Positions 57,641 to 64,000 of a DNA stretch of 64,000 bases are shown one piece after another (the stretch's first letter is position 1; every line of letters starts with the position of its first letter). The stretch is from the human T2T-CHM13v2.0 reference genome, Homo sapiens. Where the stretch lies: the NCBI RefSeq assembly GCF_009914755.1, contig NC_060928.1. One strand, 5' to 3'. The notes below the pieces were generated by a model. That model did not search any database. It was not told the origin of the DNA and saw nothing but the letters and a program-made list of their open reading frames with translations. The position numbers and the translations under genes are program-made.

Positions 57641-60600
57641 GTTGGTTGTTTTTTGAAATTTTCTTGAAAGTACTTAATATCAATGTTGGGTTTTTTTTTT
57701 TTTTTGCATTTGGAAGTATGTGTAATGTAATTAGTGAAAATATTCTTGCCATAATCCTATAGAGTACTAATTATTGAGTAAATACGAATATCTATCTATG
57801 AGAATCTATTTTAATGAAAGGTAATACGGAGGTCTGTGAAAATAAAAGTACTAATTGCGTTCGTTATCAGTTATCAATTCCTATTAGAACTAAGGAAAAA
57901 GTGATTAATGTGGCCTTTCAGAGAATAATAAAATTTTAAGACTCAAAGGGACCCTGAAAGTCATTTATCCTAATTTCATTATTCTACAAATTATAGAAGT
58001 GAGGACATTCATTTAGATGAAAAATAACTAGTGACATTAAAGAACTTTGAGCCTTAGAGAAAAAGATGATTGGATTTTTGAGTACACAAGCACTGAAAGG
58101 TACCTTCAGACCTATTCATAAATGTTTTGAATGTTAGATTACGTAATGACCTGCTTCTTTAAAATACGTTTTATCCCAATCTATTTTATTGTCTCTTAAA
58201 TTACAAGAAGAAAAAGTCTCAGATCTTAAGAATGCACTGTACTGCAGCTTATTGAATCTCTGAGTATTTCTGAATAAGGGGCTTTTAGAATGTTAGGTGG
58301 TGTAGGCACCAGTGCTGATTGCAGGCATCCCACCCAAAGGACCTTGTTGCACTTCGTGAGTTGCCTTGTTGGCAATAACAAATGGTCCTTTGAAGTGACT
58401 TCTCAAGCTCTCTTCTTTTTAAATTTATCCTACTTTGAAATAATTGAAACAGTGGCTTCTCTAAAGTTGAATAAGGTTAAAACTTAATTGCATTTTCATC
58501 TCTTCTATTACATAATTATAGCATAATGTTTCTAGGTAATATTTAAAATGGAGTCAGGAAACCTCAATACTTCATTTAGAGTCAAATATAAACACCCCTC
58601 TCTTTAGCCTACTATTAATTGAATAATATATGTGTCAAGAACATAGCACACAGTATGCCATTCAAAACTGAATAGTTTTTTTGTTTGTTTGTTTTAAAGG
58701 TAGTCAATGTTCATTGTGACGTTTAAAAAACATAGAAACACAGAAAACAAAAAACAAAGTTCACACATAATCCCACCTCCCAAGGTAACCTCTATTATCT
58801 GTTTTCTTTCAGACTTTTAAAACATTCACACATAAGGACAGATATTATTTTACAAAAATGGAATCCTAATACAGTATTTTGTAAGCTGCTATTTTTCCTT
58901 TAAATTGTATTTTTTAGAGTGAGCACCTGCTTAGTAAGAATTAGCCAGCAGCAGTGGTAGTAGTAATAGTGGTTATGGGGAGAAAGGGAAAATCAGTAAA
59001 GGTTTCCAAAGTCTAGAGCAGTATTCAACACACAGAAGGCATTCAGTAAATGTTTAACTGCATAGATCATGCATGACTCTAGACCCATTCATCATTTAGG
59101 CCATAATGTCAATTTGGTTAGTCATTTTCCTGAAAGTGCTAGTATGGGGTCTCTGTCTTATAGAAATATTTAAACTAATGTAAGATCTGGTATGTTGCTG
59201 CTTTATCCTAATAAAGAAAACAATGTTTTAGTACTACCTGCATTTAGCTGTTATATTTTTGGTTTAATATCGATAAAATAGAAACAAACTCTGACTTGTA
59301 ACATTGCTTCTGTAAGTTACAGTACTTTGGTTGCCTAGACTGATGCTTAGGGATACTATATTCTGGATAAAAACACCTTTGTGGAGACAGGAGTCACTGC
59401 TGTTATTTGTATGCTATTGTAAGCAAGTAATTACTGGGTGAGTTAACAAAATGTCATACCACATCAGTTGCTGATTCATGTTGTGTAGTTATCAAATTCC
59501 ATGATATCCTGTAATCACCACTTCCGGCACTTCTAAAAAACTTACTTAATATGGAGAAAATGTGAAGATCAAAGTAGAAATTACATTTCACCACCCCTAC
59601 CTGCCTTGGTTTTAAATTTAATGCCAGGCCAGTATGCAATTTTAATGCACAGTCATCCTGCCGTGTAAAATAAATATGTATTATGCTAACATGAGTAGCC
59701 ATCACTTATTGCTCCCTCATCTGTTAAATTTTATATTGTTCTGGATTATCCAGTACTTGTTATCAGTTAAGCATTAAAGCTTCATTTACTAAGGAAGTTA
59801 ATAGGAATGGGGATTAGTTCATGTCAAGATCATGTAACAGTAATTAACATAGCACATTTGCCTGGTGCTCAAATGCTTAAGCAGCTTGAATCGATTGTGG
59901 TCAGTTCAGAGGCCTAGTCAAAGCATAATTCTAGTTCTTGGCCTCAGTGTCACTATTACTTAACCAAAGCAAGAAGACTTTAGATCAAGTGACATTCTCT
60001 TGGACACCTGTTTTAAAAACGAGCTGTAGTTTCAGGCTTGATACCTTCAATGCAGACTATTATACCCTAGCAAGCTTGGAGAAGTTTAAATTTATAATTT
60101 ATATTGTGAGTTTTCTGTCATATAATTTATATTGTTTGTACCAATTTATATTGTTTTGTTTTATATTTACTTTTCAATATTTCGAATTTGCCAAAAACCA
60201 TTTTTTATGTAAAGGCAAACTAAAGCACATTTTATGTTTTATTTTATTTTATTTATTTATTTTTTTTCAGCAGAGTTGATTGTTTTAGAAAACCTCAGGA
60301 ATCTGAATGTTAGAACTGAACTGGTTATCTCTTTATAGAGCACATTCAGTTTAAAATTCCGTAATCTTATTTGGATCTAAAGTTTAAAAATTTTTTGGTT
60401 TATTTGAATTGTGAAAAGTTTATGGATGTTTTGCCTAAATTGTATTATGGAGACATTACTTTGACTAGCTACGAATGAATAGGAAGTTACATTTTAGGAA
60501 CTTCTGTTGAAGCTTTGATTAAGTTTGCTATGGGACATTTTCAGTCAAATTATGTTAGAAGCACCATTTATTTGACTCATACTTATGAATAGATTAACTG

Positions 60601-61718
60601 TTGGAGTGCTAGGATAATAGAGAATCATAGAAAATCAGGCAGTTGTAGCCAAAATCATATTTCAGTTTCCGTGGTAGAATGGGGTTTTGAACATTCTAGT
60701 TTATTTCTTAAGTGTTACATCTAGTGGCATTAAAATCTATTGACCATTTGTATTACATGGAGTTAACGGAACTATTTATGTTTAGCTTGACCTCTCTGTG
60801 AAAGAAATAAGGGGCTTATAGTGCTTGAATTTCTTCTTAAATATGGAATGCTTAAATAGCCACATTACTATTGTTTTGCCTTTGCCTACAGTACAGCACC
60901 AGAAAAACTATATACAGCCAATCCATTGTTTGTTCCAGTGAGAGAAAAAATTTTAACATTATTGATTTGTTTTTTGCTCAGTGATTTTCAAACCTCTCTC
61001 ATAAGGAGCACCATCTCAGTTTACCAAGGAAAAACATGCATAATTTGTTGCCTGTTTTACCATTTATTTCAGTCTCTGAGCACCCCTTTATTTATAGGTT
61101 TTATTTATCATCCCCACTAATTAAGATTTTACTTGAAAATAAAAGGCCTCCTGGAAGTGTATTATTAGCCCTTGTATTTAAGGAAACAACTAAAGACATT
61201 GACCAAGACTCATAAACAAGACAGAGACCAAGATTTCACTATTTACTGTTGTGAAAGATTAGAAAGAACATAAATGTGCAGCATCTATATAATGTAATTT
61301 TCAGATAATAGTTAAAGTTAAATGTGTTTTTAGCATATTCCAAATATTGCACCAAGAATTTTGCCTGAATTTTCATAACAACCCTGTGAGACAGTTGCTA
61401 TGATTATTCCACTTCAAGGTTGAGAAAATTGAGGCATAGAGAAGTTACGTATTTGTTTGAAGTTGCATATGTAGTAGATAATGGAACCTGAATTTGAGTC
61501 CAGATTTGTCTAACTTTAATTTTTATTCATGCTTTTAACTACCACTACATAGGAAAATGTTTATAGTATCATATGAATATGGCAAAAATGAAATAAGGAA
61601 CTCAAAAGTATGATTCCAATTTTATGTAAAGAAACTATACACCAAGATATATATTTAAGCCTGATAACAATAAAAATAGCTACTATATATTGAACTTGAT
61701 TGGTATCATGCCAAGAAC

Positions 61719-62030
61719 TTTTTTTTTTTTTTGAGATGGAATCTCCCTCTGTTGCCCAGGCTGGAGTGCAGTGGTGCGATCTCGGCTCACTGCAACCTCG
61801 GCTCACTGCAACCTCCACCTCCCAGGTTCAAGCAATTCTCCTGCCTCAGCCTCCCAAGTAGCCAGGACTACAGGCACCTGCCACCACGCCCAGCTAATTT
61901 TTTGTATTTTTAGTACAGATGGGATTTCACCATGTTAACCAGGATGGTCTTGATCTCCTGACCTCATGATCCACCTGCCTCGGCCTCCCAAAATGCTGGG
62001 ATTAACAGGCGTAAGCCACCACACCCAGCC
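61719..62030 (-). mobile_element. Alu (Sc-like) with internal 16-nt duplication
   Basis: CTCGGCTCACTGCAAC x2; TSD CATGCCAAGAACTT. Confidence 0.95.
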
Positions 62031-62099
62031 CATGCCAAGAACTTTATTAGTATTATTCTACTGGATTCCCAAAATAACTCCAGAGGATTGATATTATTC

Positions 62100-62615
62100 T
62101 TTTTTTTTTAATTTTTTATTTCCATAGGTTTTTGGGGAACAGGTAGTATTTGCTTACATGAGTAAGTTCTTTAGAGTTGATTTGTGAGATTTTGGTGCAC
62201 CCATCACCAGAGCAGTATACTCTGAACCTAATTTGTAGTCTTTTATCCCTCACCCACTTCCCATCCTTTCCCCTTGAGTCCTGAAAGTCCATTGTGTCAT
62301 TTTTATGCCTTTGCATCCTCATAGCTTAGCTCCTACTTATGAGTGAGAACATACGATGTTTGGTTTTCCATTCCTGAGTTACTTCACTTAGAATAGTAGT
62401 TTCTAGTTCCATCCAGGTTGCTGTGAATGCCATTAATTTATTCTTTCTATGGCTGAGTAGTATTCCATTGTGTATATATACCACAGTTTCTTTATCCATT
62501 GATTGATGGGCATTTGGGCTAGTTCCATATTTTTGCAGTTGTGAATTGTGCTGCTATAAACATGCATGTGCAAGTATCTTTTCCATACACTGACTTCTTT
62601 TCCTGTTAGTAGATA
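62100..62615 (-). mobile_element. L1PB-like 3' fragment inserted in a MIR
   Basis: tttccataggtttttggggaacagg...gagtgagaacatacgatgtttgg; ORF-track peptide LWYIYTMEYYSAI is L1 ORF2 C-terminus-like. Confidence 0.9.
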
Positions 62616-63345
62616 TATTCTTATGCCTGTTTTACAGATGGAAATACAGAGGCTTAGATTAATTTGCCCAAAGTCACAAAGGTGGTTAAATAGTAGAGCC
62701 AGGGCTGGAACCCATCTGCTTGATTCTGAAATACATTCATTCATTCATTAAATATTTATTGAGGGTCCTATAATGAACCAGGCACTGTTTTATCCCACTG
62801 TTTTTAGGAATATAATAGTAAGCAATACATATAGCCAGTGTGCTTTAGAAAAAAGACCAAAAGAGAACTATACCCCAAAATTAAGAGTTATAATGTCCAG
62901 ATAATAGATTGGATGTGATGTTTATTTTCTTCTCTCTCCGACTTCAGTCTTTCTAATTTATTGCACAAGAGTTTGTGTGTTTGTGATGAATGAATATACA
63001 CACAATGATATCTATTACTGTATTACATCAGAAAAACACCCTCAGTAAACCTGCCATAACTGAAGACTATGGCAGTGTACTTTTATTCGTAGTGTTTGAA
63101 TGAGAAAGAAGATAATAGATAATAAACAAGTTGAACAGTTAAATATTCTCATCTCCCCTCTAAAATTATTTTGTACAGCATATATGTATTCTTAAACTCA
63201 TGTAGATTACTTGGGGCTCACTTTTCTAGTTTCTCATCTAATGCAGGAGTATAAGCAACATTCGTTGAGTATTTTGTGTGCCGCTGTCCTTAGATATCAC
63301 TGGCACAGAAATCAAAGACATGCTCTTTTTTCTTAAGAAGGTTAC

Positions 63346-63711
63346 TGTTGTGAACCGAATTGTGTCTTCCCAAAATTCATTTGCTGAAATCCCAAATTCC
63401 AGTACCTCAGAATGGGACTATATTTGAAGAGGGCATTTGGTCTTTAAAGAGGTAAAATGAGGTCAGTAGGGTGGGCCTTAATTAAATTTAACTGGTGTCA
63501 TTATAAGAGGAAATTGAGACACTGACACATATTGAGGGAAGACCATGTGAAGACACATGGAGAAGATGGCCATCTATACACTAAGGGGAGAAGCCCTCTT
63601 GACATCTTGGTCTTGAACTTTAGCTTCCAGAACTGTGAGAAAATAAATTCTTGTTGTTGAAGCCACCCAGTCTGTGGTACTTTGCTAAGGCAGTCCTGGC
63701 AAACTAATTCA
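63346..63711. mobile_element. MaLR LTR (MLT1B-like)
   Basis: gaagaccatgtgaagacac...ccagaactgtgagaaaataaatt...gcaaactaattca. Confidence 0.85.
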
Positions 63712-64000
63712 GTTTATAGTCTAATAAAAAATACAGACAAGCAAATCAACAACCAAATTAATATGGTAAGTCGAACAGAGATGCATCTAGGATTACATCA
63801 GTGCAAAAAGGAGAGGTAAGGATTATCCAACTTTAACAAACCAATTTATTTTATTTGAAAAGAATGGAAAGCAGTAAGGTTCAGAAGTCTATTCATAATC
63901 AAATGAATATTTTGTACAACAAATGTCCATTGAAAACTTCTATGCAAGTTACCATACTGGCACCATGGTATATATTTCTAGTCTACCCCGTGCTCACACC

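Noticed and set aside
59938-60279. 113-aa hydrophobic ORF
   Set aside because: Low-complexity T-rich intron, non-ATG start, no splice or domain support
62116-62744. ORFs with L1-like peptide
   Set aside because: Truncated L1PB 3' end, not an intact element

Overview
Human (primate) genomic DNA: AT-rich, Alu/L1/L2/MIR/MaLR-dense intronic sequence containing the middle of the PDLIM5 (ENH, Enigma homolog) gene on the + strand. I could read nine coding exons with GT-AG boundaries and consistent phases: an 18-nt microexon (KIPPKR), a 173-nt exon, a 37-nt exon, the alternative terminal exon of the short LIM-less isoforms, three in-frame cassette exons (120/144/132 nt), and two long-isoform exons, the last reaching into the first LIM domain. 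The PDZ-coding 5' exons and remaining LIM exons lie outside the window. Most ORFs in the supplied track are Alu/L1/LTR or chance ORFs. There is no prokaryotic-type system here, and I found nothing I can call a new biological system. The best leads are splicing-related: a candidate 45-nt exon too close to a cassette exon to be co-included, cassette donors that read through into stops, inverted Alus bracketing an exon, and a C/D-box-like segment. Repeat subfamily names are from recalled consensus sequences and repeat boundaries are approximate.
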